Source: an uncultured Planctomycetia bacterium (lineage in GTDB: Bacteria; Planctomycetota; Planctomycetia; Pirellulales; PALSA-1355). From it: DNA of 64,000 nt. Location: the NCBI GenBank assembly GCA_963807715.1, contig CAWECK010000001.1:672638-736637 (forward strand), written 5' to 3'. Of the stretch, positions 1-8,986 are shown in pieces (within the stretch, counting starts at the first letter, position 1; each line of letters starts with the position of its first letter). The notes under the pieces are model-generated. The model searched no databases and was not told where the DNA came from. It worked only from the letters and a program-made list of their open reading frames with translations. A program made the translations under genes and the position numbers.

Positions 1-1141
1 ACGTAATTTTCGACACGGTCTGGGAAGCCCTCGAAGAGGAAGTCGGCCATGAAAACCTGAGATTCCCCAAAGAGATCATCCTGCTCGGCGGAGCTCCCGG
101 CGCGGGCAAAGGCACTCAGACCAGCTTCATCATGCATGCCCGCGGGTTGACTCGCCCGGCCATCGTGATCAGTGATCTGCTCGTGACACCCGAAGCGCAG
201 AAGATCAAAGATCAGGGAGGCATGGTCGGAGACAAGGAGGTCATCGGCATCCTGCTGAGAAAGCTGTTGCATGCGAATCTACGCGACGGAGCGTTGCTGG
301 ACGGATTCCCGAGAACTCGCGTGCAGGTGGAATGTCTGAAACTACTGGTCGACAAAATCAACCAACTTCACAATGAATTCGAGAACACGCCGCTGGCGAT
401 CCATTTCCGCAGGCCCACGATTCATGCCATGGTTCTGTTCGTCAGCGAGCGCATCAGCATCGAACGGCAGATCCTACGCGGGATCAAGATCGCGGCCCAT
501 AACAAGGAAGTCGAAGAAACCGGCGTCGGGCAAATTGATCGAATTGCGGTCTACGGACCTGAGCGAAGACACCGCGCGACGCAGGTACCGCGTCTTCAAA
601 GAGCAAACCTGGGATGCCTTGCAGTCGTTGCAAGGATCTATACCATTACCACTTCGTCAATGCGGAAGGCCCGATCGAAGAGGTCGAGGCGAACATCCTC
701 GAGGAATTGCAGTATCAAAGTTCACTCGAACTGGAGCCCCGCACCTACGACCGGCTGAGCCCCCTGCCCCTGGCCGAAGAGATCATCCTCCATGCCCGCC
801 AGGAACTGGTGCGACGCCTCGACAGCTACGAGCTGGAGCACACCGACCTGTTCGTGCGCATCGTCGATATCATCAAGACGAAGTTCATGCCGATCGTCGC
901 CCGCCACGCCCTCTCAGGTCGAGCCATCGTGAACTCGGAAGACCCCATGTTCGACGATCCATTGGCCCTGTGCATGCTCATCGACATTTTTTCCGAACGA
1001 GGCTTCCACGCCGTCGTCGACAAGCACATCCAGGAAATTCCGGAACGGGTGGACCTCGTAAACGGCCAAATTCACCGGCGAATCAAGGCGGTGTACCGCG
1101 TGCAAATCAACTTCAAAGGATCTGAAATCCGCCGCGGCTAA
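1..1141 (+). pseudogene. Adenylate-kinase-family (NMP kinase) protein with a ~190-aa C-terminal extension. The 5' end lies outside the window. Two frame changes as assembled.
   Basis: Frame 3 from nt 3 reads 'EIILLGGAPGAGKGTQTSF...LLDGFPRTRVQVE', matching the adenylate kinase P-loop G-x-P-G-x-GKGT and the 'DGFPR' motif. Sensible sequence continues in frame 1 (~530-640, 'LIELRSTDLSEDTARRRYRVFKEQTWDALQSLQ'). It then continues in frame 2 (ORF 614..1141, 'YHYHFVNAEGPIEEVEANI...'). Stop TAA at 1139-1141. Confidence 0.6.
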
Positions 1142-1427
1142 GTATCGTCTCGCCACAGGCGACATTACGCAGCCTGCCGTGAAACGAAGAGGTTTTTTAT
1201 ACGGAAGGCAGGAAAAGAGGAAAATGAATTGGGAGAACAGGAAGCGTTGCGCAGTTGGCGGCCTCCGGCGTAGGCCGACTGTTTGAAATGGCGCGGCCTT
1301 CGATTATGGTTATTGGCAGGTCTCGCCCCCTCGGTTCCCGAACCGACGGCGAACGAAGCCCGCCAGGCACCCCGGTACGTGTCGCGCACAACTATCAACG
1401 CCGATTCATTCATAGGAAGCTTTGATC

Positions 1428-2797
1428 ATGACCAACATCCCACGTCGCGATTTCCTGAAGACTTCGGCCCTGCTGGGCGGCGCCGCCGCGCTGGCCGCTC
1501 CGGCGATTGCTCGGGCCGCGGCCAGCCCCAACGATCGGTTCCGCGTCGCCGTGGTCGGGCTGGGAGGCCGCGGCCGCGTCTCGCATTGCGGTGCGCTGCT
1601 GGAAATGGCCAAAGAGAACGTCGAGATCGCCGCGCTGTGCGATTGCGACGAAAGCCGCATGCAGCTCGCGGCCAATCGTTCTGTGAAGAGAAGTCGGGCA
1701 AGCGGCCGGCGACCGTGGCCGATTATCGGCAGCTTGCTGGAAGACAAGATCGATCGACGCCGTGGCCCTGGCCACTCCCAACCACTGGCACGCCCTGCAA
1801 ACGATCTGGGCCTGCCAGGCCGGCAAGGACGTCTACGTCGAGAAGCCGGCTTCGCACAACATCTTCGAAGGCCGCAAGATGATCGAGGCGGCCCGCAAGT
1901 ACCAGCGCATCGTGCAGCACGGCACGCAATGCCGCACCAGCCCCAAGATCCGCGAAGGAATCGAAAAGCTCAAGGCGGGGGCGATCGGCCGCGTCTACAT
2001 GGCGCGGGGCATCGCCTTCAAGGTCCGCGCCGGCGGCCGCCGCAAGGCCGAAGCCGGTTCCGTCGGGGATGAACTGGGACCAGTGGGTCGGCCCGGCCCC
2101 GATGGAGCCGTACAACAAGCTGGCCATCGGCCGCTGGCGGTTCCTGAAGAACTACGGCAACGGCGAGATCGGCGACCAGGGCGTGCATCAGCTCGACATC
2201 ATCCGCTGGGGGCTTGGGCCTGGAAACGCATCCCACCAAGGTCCAATCGATGGGCGGCCGCTTCGCCCATCCCGACGACGACGAAGACACGCCCGGCAAC
2301 CAGGTCTTCGCCTGCGAGTATCGAAGGCAAGGAGCTGATGATCACCTTCGAGACCCGCGATTGGTACACCAACTCCGAGGCCGGCATGGGAATCGAGTAT
2401 CCGTTCGTCGATCACCGGAACGTGGTGGGCGTGATCTTCCTCGGCAGCGAAGGCTACATGATCTTCCCCGACTACAGCAGCTACTACACGTTTCTCGGGC
2501 GCGAAGCGCGAACCCGGGCCCAGCGGCTCGGTCGACGGCAGTCCGATGATGGATCTCGACCAGTTCCAGAACTGGGTCGCCGCCGTTCGCAGCCGCAAAT
2601 ATCGAGGACCTGACGGCCGACATCGAGCAAGGGCATCACAGTTCCTGCCTGGCGCATTTGGCGAACATCGCCTACGCCACCGGCCGGACCTTGAACTTCG
2701 ATCCCGCCGAAGGAAACGTTTCCCGGCGATGACAGAGGCCAATCGGCTGCTCACCCGCGATTACCGTTCGCCGTACGTCGTGCCCAACAAGGTCTGA
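1428..2797 (+). pseudogene. Gfo/Idh/MocA-family oxidoreductase with twin-arginine signal, heavily frameshifted as assembled
   Basis: ATG 1428 follows GGAAG. N-terminus 'MTNIPRRDFLKTSALLGGAAALAAPAIARAAA' is a Tat signal, then a Rossmann 'RVAVVGLGGRG'. Family motifs 'TPNHWHALQTIWACQAGKDVYVEKP' and 'EGRKMIEAARKYQRIVQHGTQ' sit in ORF 1762..2613. The readable protein hops between ORFs 1422..2072, 1283..1882, 1762..2613, 2069..2338, 2214..2549 and 2546..2797, at least 6 frame changes. Stop TGA at 2795-2797. Confidence 0.7.
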
Positions 2798-2838
2798 CAC
2801 CCCGACGTTTTAAGCCACGAAGTAACAGAGAAAGGCGA

Positions 2839-3958
2839 ATGATGAGCGAAAAGCGGGTTCGGGTGGGCGTCGTCGGTTTGGCGTTTGGCGCCGAGTTTAT
2901 TCCGATCTACCAGCGGCATCCCGGCGCTCGCGTGCAGGCCATTTGCCAGCGGAACGAGGAGAAGCTGAACCACATCGGCGACCAGTTCGGCGTCGAGCAG
3001 CGGTATTCGAAGTATGAAGATCTGCTCAAAGATCCGCAGATCGACTTCGTACACATCAATTCGCCGATTCCCGATCATGCCCCCATGTCGATCGCCGCCC
3101 TCAAGGCCGGCAAACACGTCATGTGTACGGTGCCGATGGCCACCACGATCGAAGAGTGCCAACAGATCTGCGAGTTGGTCAAGTCGACCGGCCTGCGATA
3201 CATGATGGCCGAAACCGTGGTCTACAGCCGCGAGTTTCTGTTCATCAAAGAGATGTACGAGAAGGGAGAGCTGGGCAAGATCCAGCACCTGGCCGCCTCG
3301 CACCCGCAAGATATGGACGGCTGGCCCGGACTACTGGGAACGGATGATCCCAATGCATTACGCCACGCACGTCGTCAGCCCTTGCTTGGGCCTGATCAAC
3401 GGTCGCGCGGAGTACGTATCGTGCTTCGGCTCGGGCACGGTGCGCGAGGACATCCAGAAGAAGTCGGGCAACAAGTTCGCGGTCGAAAGCTGCCACATCA
3501 AAATCAAGGATTCCGACGTCACCGCCCACATCTGGCGCATGCCTGTACGATGTTGCCCGGCAGTACCGCGAGAGCTTCGACGTTTACGGCACGAAGAAAA
3601 GCTTCGAGTGGACATTGATCGAAGGCGAGCCACACGTGCTGCACACGGCGAAGAAGCCCGAGCTGGAAATCGCGCCAAGGTGGAAGTGCCCGACTTCGCC
3701 CATCGGTTGCCGGAACCGATCCGCCCATTTACCCGCAGCATTCAAGACGCCGAACACCTATCGTTTGTGCAGGGAGGCGGCCACGGCGGCTCGCATCCCC
3801 ACATGGTTCATGAAATGGTGAGCGCCCTCATCGAGAACCGCGATCCTCGCCCCAACGCGACAACCGCCGCCAATTGGACCTGCGTGGGTATTTGCGCTCA
3901 TCAGTCCGCTTTAAAGGGTGGCGAAATCGTTCGCCTGCCGGCGTTTACCCTGGGTTGA
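2839..3958 (+). pseudogene. Gfo/Idh/MocA-family oxidoreductase (cytoplasmic type), frameshifted as assembled
   Basis: 'MMSEKRVRVGVVGLAFGAEFIPIY...ALKAGKHVMCTVPMATTIEEC' gives the N-terminal NAD-binding domain (ORF 2839..3618). It continues in ORF 3344..3958 ('IPMHYATHVVSPCLGL...') with a detour through ORF 3615..3821 ('IEGEPHVLHTAKKPELEIAP'), at least 3 frame changes. Confidence 0.7.
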
Positions 3959-4317
3959 GGTCACGCACAAGACTGCGTGCGGTCGCGCTGGCTTCGGTAC
4001 GTGCGGAACGTGACTTGCCGACACGTTTTCCACCGTGTTCGCGCGCACCAGCATCAAGAGCCGATCTCTTAGCTGACTCATTGCTTGCCGGCAAAACGGC
4101 GCCGCTTGCCCGCCAACCGCCGTACGACGTTGCGCCTCCGAATGCCAGCGACTGCTTGACTCAGTTCGCTTTGCTGAGACAATCGCTGCGGCCCAGGCAT
4201 TCAAGGTTCTTCAGGGAGGATGCAGGACCGAAAGAATCAAACGATCACCTCTTTCCATTCAACCGGCGTTCTGCCCACTTGAGGCCGGGTAAAGCCCATC
4301 ATCTTGCAGGAAGCGAT

Positions 4318-4399
4318 TTCTCTTCGTATTTGCGGCAGGCCAGGCGGCCCCCGTCGCGGGTTGCGACGCCACTGTGTCGAGAATCGGAGAAAAACTGTC
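4318..4399 (+). promoter_or_regulatory. Conserved 5' leader/promoter-proximal region of triple-C1q-like gene copy A, duplicated at 5925..6003
   Basis: About 80 nt upstream of the start codon are near-identical between the two paralogs: 'TTCTTCGTATTTG.GGCAGGC..GGCGG.CCCCGTCGCGGGTTGCGACGCCA.TGT'. The region includes a small hairpin GTCGC-GGGTT-GCGAC and a GGAGA Shine-Dalgarno. Sequence further upstream is not conserved. Confidence 0.4.
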
Positions 4400-5771
4400 A
4401 TGAAAAAACTATTTCCCGGTATCGTTGCCCTTGTCGCGGCCCTGCTGTTTGCCGCGTCGGCTGAGGCAGGCCCCTACGCCCAACTTTCCAGTTCGGAGAA
4501 CCAACTGGGTAGCACGACCCCGAAGGTGGTCACGCTTAACCAGGAGGATGCCGTCAAAGGCATCTCCAACGACAAGGGGGTCGTCACCTTCAAGGAAGCC
4601 GGCACCTATTTCGTGATGGCGGCCGCCCAGGTCGGCAGCGCCGGCGGCAACGGCAAAGGAACCGTGCGGTTGTGGATGCGGCAGAACGGCCAGGAAGTCG
4701 CGAACTCGAATACCGAGCAAACGATCATGCCCGGCTTTACCGCGGTTCTGGTCTGTCAGGGGGTCGCGGAAATCAAAGCCGGCGACAAGCTGGAACTGGT
4801 CTTCGCAGTAAGTACGGCGGGCGAAAACCTGGGGCTGATCGCCTCGAAGCCCGAAGGGCGAACCGGTGGTTCCGAGCATGATTTTCTCGGCGTTCAAGGT
4901 CGATGATCAGGCGTATGCCCAACTTTCCAGCTCCGAAACGCAAACGGCTGGCGCCGCGGGCAAGCTGATCAAGCTCAACAACACCGACGCCGCCAAGAAC
5001 CTCGAGAACAAGCAAGGGGTCGTCACGGTCAAAAACGCCGGAACCTACTTCGTGATGGCCGCGGGCCAGGCCGGCGGCACCGACCCGAACGGAAAAGGCC
5101 GCGTCCGGCTATGGGTGCGACAGAATGGGCAGGACGTGAGCAACTCCAACACCGAACAGACCATCACCCCGGGCTTTACCGCGGTGTTGGTATGCCAGGG
5201 AATTATGGAGTGCAAGGCTGGCGACAAGGTCGAACTGATGCAGTCGGCCAGCGGCACCGATGTGGGCATGGTCGCTTCGGCCCCCAAGGGCGAGTCGGCG
5301 ATTCCCAGCATGATCCTCTCGATCGTCAAGGTGGCCGACGATGCCTATGCCCAACTCTCCAGCGGGCAAACGCAAGCCGGTTCGACCAATGGGCAGGCGA
5401 TCTCGCTCAACCAGACGGATGCCGCCAAGAACATCGAAAACAATAAAGGAACCATCACGATCAAGCAGAATGGCTTTTACTTCGTGATTGCCGCCGGCCA
5501 GGTTGGCAGCACCGACAGCAGCGGCCAGGGATCGGCGCGGCTCTGGCTGCGGCAGAACGGCAAGGACGTCGACAACTCCAACACCGAGCAGACCGTCACG
5601 AGCAAATACACGGCCGTGCTGGTTTGCCAGGGGGTCGGAGAAGCCAAAGCCGGCGACAAGCTGCAACTTTGCCAGTCCGCCAGAGGCTCCGGCGTGGGCA
5701 TGATCGCCTCAGCGCCGCAGGGCGAACCGGCCATTCCCAGCATGATCTTCTCCCTCGTGAAAGTCGATTGA
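4400..5771 (+). CDS. Secreted protein with three tandem C1q/TNF-like (BclA C-terminal-like) domains, copy A. One extra base (c at 4859) shifts the frame as assembled.
   Basis: ATG 4400 with GGAGA 9 nt upstream. Signal peptide 'MKKLFPGIVALVAALLFAASAEA|GP'. Three ~144-146-aa repeats each run 'YAQLSS..Q...LN..DA.K......G..T.K..G.YFV.AA.Q.G....G.G..RLW.RQNG.DV.NSNTEQT....TAVLVCQG....KAGDK..L......G.G..AS.P.GE...PSMI.S..KV'. The Tyr codons of the repeat starts are at 4475, 4914 and 5346. ORFs 4304..4906 and 4866..5771 join if the c at 4859 is removed (copy B has GGGGAACC where A has GGGCGAACC). Confidence 0.65.
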
Positions 5772-5801
5772 GAAACTGGGAAGATTCCGCGGGCAGCGCG
5801 G

Positions 5802-5856
5802 GCTAGTGGCATGCCTTGTCAGAGCCTTACCGGTGCTTGATTAGCGTGCCACTAGC
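5802..5856 (+). terminator. Possible stem-loop downstream of copy A (10-bp perfect stem, 35-nt loop, no T-tract)
   Basis: 'GCTAGTGGCA' at 5802-5811 pairs with 'TGCCACTAGC' at 5847-5856, 31 nt after the stop codon. The large loop and missing U-tract make a terminator role uncertain. Confidence 0.2.
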
Positions 5857-5924
5857 TATGCCGCGCGGAGGCTCAAAGGCGTCTTTCCCGAGAAACACTG
5901 GCGGAGCCAGTGGCACACGGCGGT

Positions 5925-6003
5925 TTTTCTTCGTATTTTGTGGCAGGCTGGCGGTCCCCGTCGCGGGTTGCGACGCCATTGTCTCAAAGTTCGGAGAATA
6001 ACC
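5925..6003 (+). promoter_or_regulatory. Conserved 5' leader of triple-C1q-like gene copy B (paralog of 4318..4399)
   Basis: Aligns with 4318..4399 with a few substitutions or indels. GGAGA lies 6 nt before GTG 6004. Confidence 0.4.
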
Positions 6004-6069
6004 GTGCTGAAAAAACCAGCTCTGGGCATCGTTGTCTTTGTCGCCGCCCTGATCGTTGGGGCGACGTCG

Positions 6070-6080
6070 GAGGCAGCCCC
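6070..6080. repeat. Left copy of the 11-bp target-site duplication GAGGCAGCCCC
   Basis: Identical 11-mer directly abuts both IS ends (6070-6080 and 7628-7638). Confidence 0.75.
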
Positions 6081-7627
6081 GAATGGCACTTAGATTCTTG
6101 TAATGCCTTTAGCCATATTGCGTTTGATCTCGGCGCGGGGCTTTGTCATCCAGTCATAGTGATTGCGTCGCAGCTTTTTCATGCGAGGCTCGTAACGATC
6201 GGGTCGGTCGGCAACTCGATGGGTGGCGATGGCATCGAGCAGGTTTTGGTAGACTCGGAAACGATATGCCGGGTCATGAGCGGTCCGAAGCTCAATCAAT
6301 GGCTGAAAGGCTTCTAGCGTTTGCAGAGTTCCTTTGAAGCTGATGGTCCGTGGCTCGGCATGATGGCTGGAAGCGGCTTGTGCCATGATTGTGCGGATGA
6401 GATTGTAGGCCAGGACATGCGCCCAGACCTCCTTATGCACCAACTCGGGCGTTTTGCAGCGTAGGTGGTGCATTTGCATGGTCGACTTGATGGAACGTAG
6501 ATCGAGTTCGTTGTTCCACCGTGCGCGATACAGAGTCGCCAGATCGTCTTTGGTCGTTTGCTGCGGGTCCAGCAATGTCGTCACCACAACAATGACCTTG
6601 GTCCGGAATCCAGGTTGCGCGACTCGAATCCTCGCTTCTCGAATGGTGATGCACTCAGGGAGTGATTTGTAGGTTTGCCAATCCAGCGAACGAATCGACG
6701 TCGGCTTGAACCAGCGAACGATGTGGTCATCGTCGCCAAGGCGCTCTCCACGTCGAAAGTCCGGTTTGCGGTTGGCTTTGTTTAGGCGACTGACCAAATC
6801 TACGCCGCGCTGTTGGAGCAGCAAAATGTTCGTCCAATTCGCCATCAGACAATCCGCGAGCAGAACATCTCTGGGATCAAGCACGTCCCACAGTCGGCGA
6901 AGTAAGCTGACTTCGCCTTGTCCTTTGCCGGCATATCGGCAAAAGCCGAGACTCACGATTGCCCCACAAGACAACGAAGTAATGGCCCCGATTCGCGCGA
7001 GGGGAAAGCCTAGGCCCGGCTTCTGATTGTAGACTTGCGGATAAGCCTGTTGATTCTCTGGAGTATCCGGCATGGTGACGGTCGTGCCGTCGAACATGTA
7101 CACCCGTCTCCCTTTCCACAGCCAATAATGATCGGCCTGGGCATTCAAAACGCGTCCGACTAAACAGGCGACGGCGGAGAAGAACTTCTCTGGCAACCTT
7201 TTTCTGGCTTGGCAGTAGGCACCCGTGTTGGCTGAGCAGGCTGGCTGCCCTCGGGACACTCGATGGGCGATCAATCGAGCCACAGCGGCTCGGCATGAAT
7301 GATCGGCGCTCAACACCTGGTTCAGAAAAACCCACAAGGTGATGAGTGGCGAAAATATGCGATCCTTCCAAGGTGCCTCGATTGACGCCAGTGCTGGCGC
7401 AATCGTTGCTTCAGAAAGGGCTGTCGCAAAAGGCAGGTTGCCATCTTGCAGAAACTGACGCCTCAGGAATTTCATCTGTTGTCGAACAAGTCCGCGATTA
7501 CAATACCGCATTCTTGGGCCTCCTTGCCGTTGATGGATGTCGTTGACAAACAACCATCTACGCAAGCGAGGCCTTTTTGCCTATGTCACTTCAACCCAAG
7601 CACTTGCTCCATATCTATGTGCCATTC
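6081..7627 (-). mobile_element. IS4-family insertion sequence (1547 bp) with imperfect terminal inverted repeats
   Basis: Left end is 'GAATGGCACTTAGAT'. The reverse complement of the right end is 'GAATGGCACATAGAT' (14/15 match). A single transposase ORF fills the element and its stop codon lies inside the left IR. It is flanked by an 11-bp direct repeat. Removing 6081-7638 restores an intact signal peptide in the host gene. Confidence 0.85.
6090..7565 (-). CDS. IS4-family DDE transposase
   Basis: Intact 491-aa ORF. It contains 'YRARWNNELDLRSIK', the Y-x2-R-x3-E-x6-K signature of IS4-family transposases. Candidate DDE aspartates are in 'VYMFDGTTV' and 'VLLADCLM'. The true start may be an internal Met ('MRYCNRG' or 'MKFLRRQ'). 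Confidence 0.9.
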   Translation of the reverse strand: MRRWLFVNDIHQRQGGPRMRYCNRGLVRQQMKFLRRQFLQDGNLPFATALSEATIAPALASIEAPWKDRIFSPLITLWVFLNQVLSADHSCRAAVARLIAHRVSRGQPACSANTGAYCQARKRLPEKFFSAVACLVGRVLNAQADHYWLWKGRRVYMFDGTTVTMPDTPENQQAYPQVYNQKPGLGFPLARIGAITSLSCGAIVSLGFCRYAGKGQGEVSLLRRLWDVLDPRDVLLADCLMANWTNILLLQQRGVDLVSRLNKANRKPDFRRGERLGDDDHIVRWFKPTSIRSLDWQTYKSLPECITIREARIRVAQPGFRTKVIVVVTTLLDPQQTTKDDLATLYRARWNNELDLRSIKSTMQMHHLRCKTPELVHKEVWAHVLAYNLIRTIMAQAASSHHAEPRTISFKGTLQTLEAFQPLIELRTAHDPAYRFRVYQNLLDAIATHRVADRPDRYEPRMKKLRRNHYDWMTKPRAEIKRNMAKGITRI

Positions 7628-7638
7628 GAGGCAGCCCC
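7628..7638. repeat. Right copy of the 11-bp target-site duplication GAGGCAGCCCC
   Basis: See 6070..6080. Confidence 0.75.
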
Positions 7639-8986
7639 CTACGCGCAACTGTCCAGTTCGGAAAACCAACTGGGCAGCACGGCCCCGAAGGTCGTCAAGC
7701 TTAATCAGAACGATGCGGTCAAAGGCATCTCCAATTCGAACGGCGTCATCACGTTCAAGGAAGCTGGCACCTATTTCGTGATGGCGGCCGCGCAGGTGGG
7801 CAGCGCCAACGGCAAGGGCAAAGGAACCGTGCGGCTATGGATGCGGCAGAACGGACGGGATGTCGCGAACTCGAACACCGTGCAAACGATTGTCCCCGGC
7901 TTTACCGCGGTTCTGGTCTGTCAAGGAGTCGAGGAAATCAAAGCTGACGACAAGCTGGAATTGGTTTACTCGGTGAGCACGGCGGGCGAGAACCTGGGGA
8001 TGATCGCCTCGAAGCCCTATGGGGAACCGGTGGTTCCGAGCATGATCTTCTCGGCGTTCAAGGTCGATGACAACGCGTATGCCCAAATCTCTAGTTCCGA
8101 GACGCAAACAGCCGCCGCCGCGGGTAAGCTGATCACGCTCAATAGCGCCGACGCCGCCAAGAATATCGAGAACAAGGCAGGGGTCGTCACCGTCAAAACC
8201 GCTGGAACCTACTTCGTGATGGCCGCGGGTCAAGTTGGCGGCACCGCTCCCAGCGGAAAAGGCCGCGTCCGGTTGTGGATACGACAGAACGGACAGGACG
8301 TGAGCAACTCCAACAGCGAACAGGCCATCAACCCGGGCTTCACCGCCGTATTGGTCTGCCAGGGAGTGATGGTCTGTAAGGCCGGCGACAAGGTCGAACT
8401 GATCGAATCGGCCAGCGGCAGCGGAGTGGGCATGGTCGCTTCGGCGCCCAAGGGCGAGTCGGCAGTTCCCAGTACGATCCTATCCATCATCAAGGTGGCC
8501 GATGACACCTTTGCCCAACTCTCCAGCGTGCAATCGCAAGCCGGTTCGTCCGAAGGGCAGTTGATCACGCTCAATCAAACCGATGCCGCCAAGAATGTCG
8601 AGAACGCGAGGGGCACCATGTCGATGGCGATTAATAAAGGCACTGTCACGATCTGGCAGGACGGCGTTTACTTTGTGATTGCCGCGGGACAGGTCGGCAG
8701 TACCGACAGCAGCGGCACGGGATCGGTGCGGCTGTGGTTGCGGCAGAACGGCAACGACATCCGCAAATCCAACACCGAACAGACCATCACCAGCAAATAT
8801 ACGGCGGTGCTGGTTTCCCAGGGGGTCGGCGAAGCCAAGGAAGGCGACAAACTGCAACTTTTCCAGTACGCCAGAGGTTCCGGCGTGGGCCTGATCGCCT
8901 CGGCGCCCAAGGGCGAGCCGACCGTTCCCAGCATGATCTTCTCTCTCGTGAAAGTCGATTGAGAAGCGCCGATCGCTATTTCCGGC

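Larger units (their letters stand above)
6004..8962 (+). pseudogene. Triple C1q/TNF-like secreted protein, copy B, interrupted by the IS4-family element. Exon-like parts are 6004..6080 and 7628..8962.
   Basis: GTG 6004 opens 'VLKKPALGIVVFVAALIVGATSEAAP', a signal peptide paralogous to copy A, which runs into the IS at 6081. After the IS and one copy of the target duplication the frame resumes 'EAAPYAQLSSSENQLGSTAPKVVKLNQNDAVKG...' (ORF 7577..8962). It carries three repeats of the copy A type. The third repeat has an ~8-aa insertion ('ARGTMSMAI'). Confidence 0.7.

Noticed and set aside
373-1125. 250-aa ORF overlapping the adenylate-kinase-like gene
   Set aside because: Only ~35 residues (about nt 530-640) fit the kinase-family sequence. 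The rest is Arg/Pro-rich out-of-frame translation. It is used only as the bridging frame of the frameshifted gene.
3911-4204. 97-aa minus-strand ORF in the 440-bp gap before triple-C1q-like copy A
   Set aside because: It has no ribosome-binding site or recognisable motif, it overlaps the 3' end of the upstream gene, and its composition resembles non-coding translation. It is left unannotated.
4845-4870. Programmed ribosomal frameshift to join the two halves of triple-C1q-like copy A
   Set aside because: There is no slippery heptamer (X XXY YYZ) or downstream pseudoknot-like structure at the junction. Paralog B shows the same sequence without the extra c, so a simple 1-nt insertion (mutation or assembly error) is the economical explanation.
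5899-5916. 'TGGCAC' motifs (here and in the 27875/30457 palindrome arms) considered as sigma-54 -24 elements
   Set aside because: No TTGC-type -12 element follows at the required spacing (TGGCAC-N5-TTGC). Within the palindromes the motif is explained by the repeat itself.
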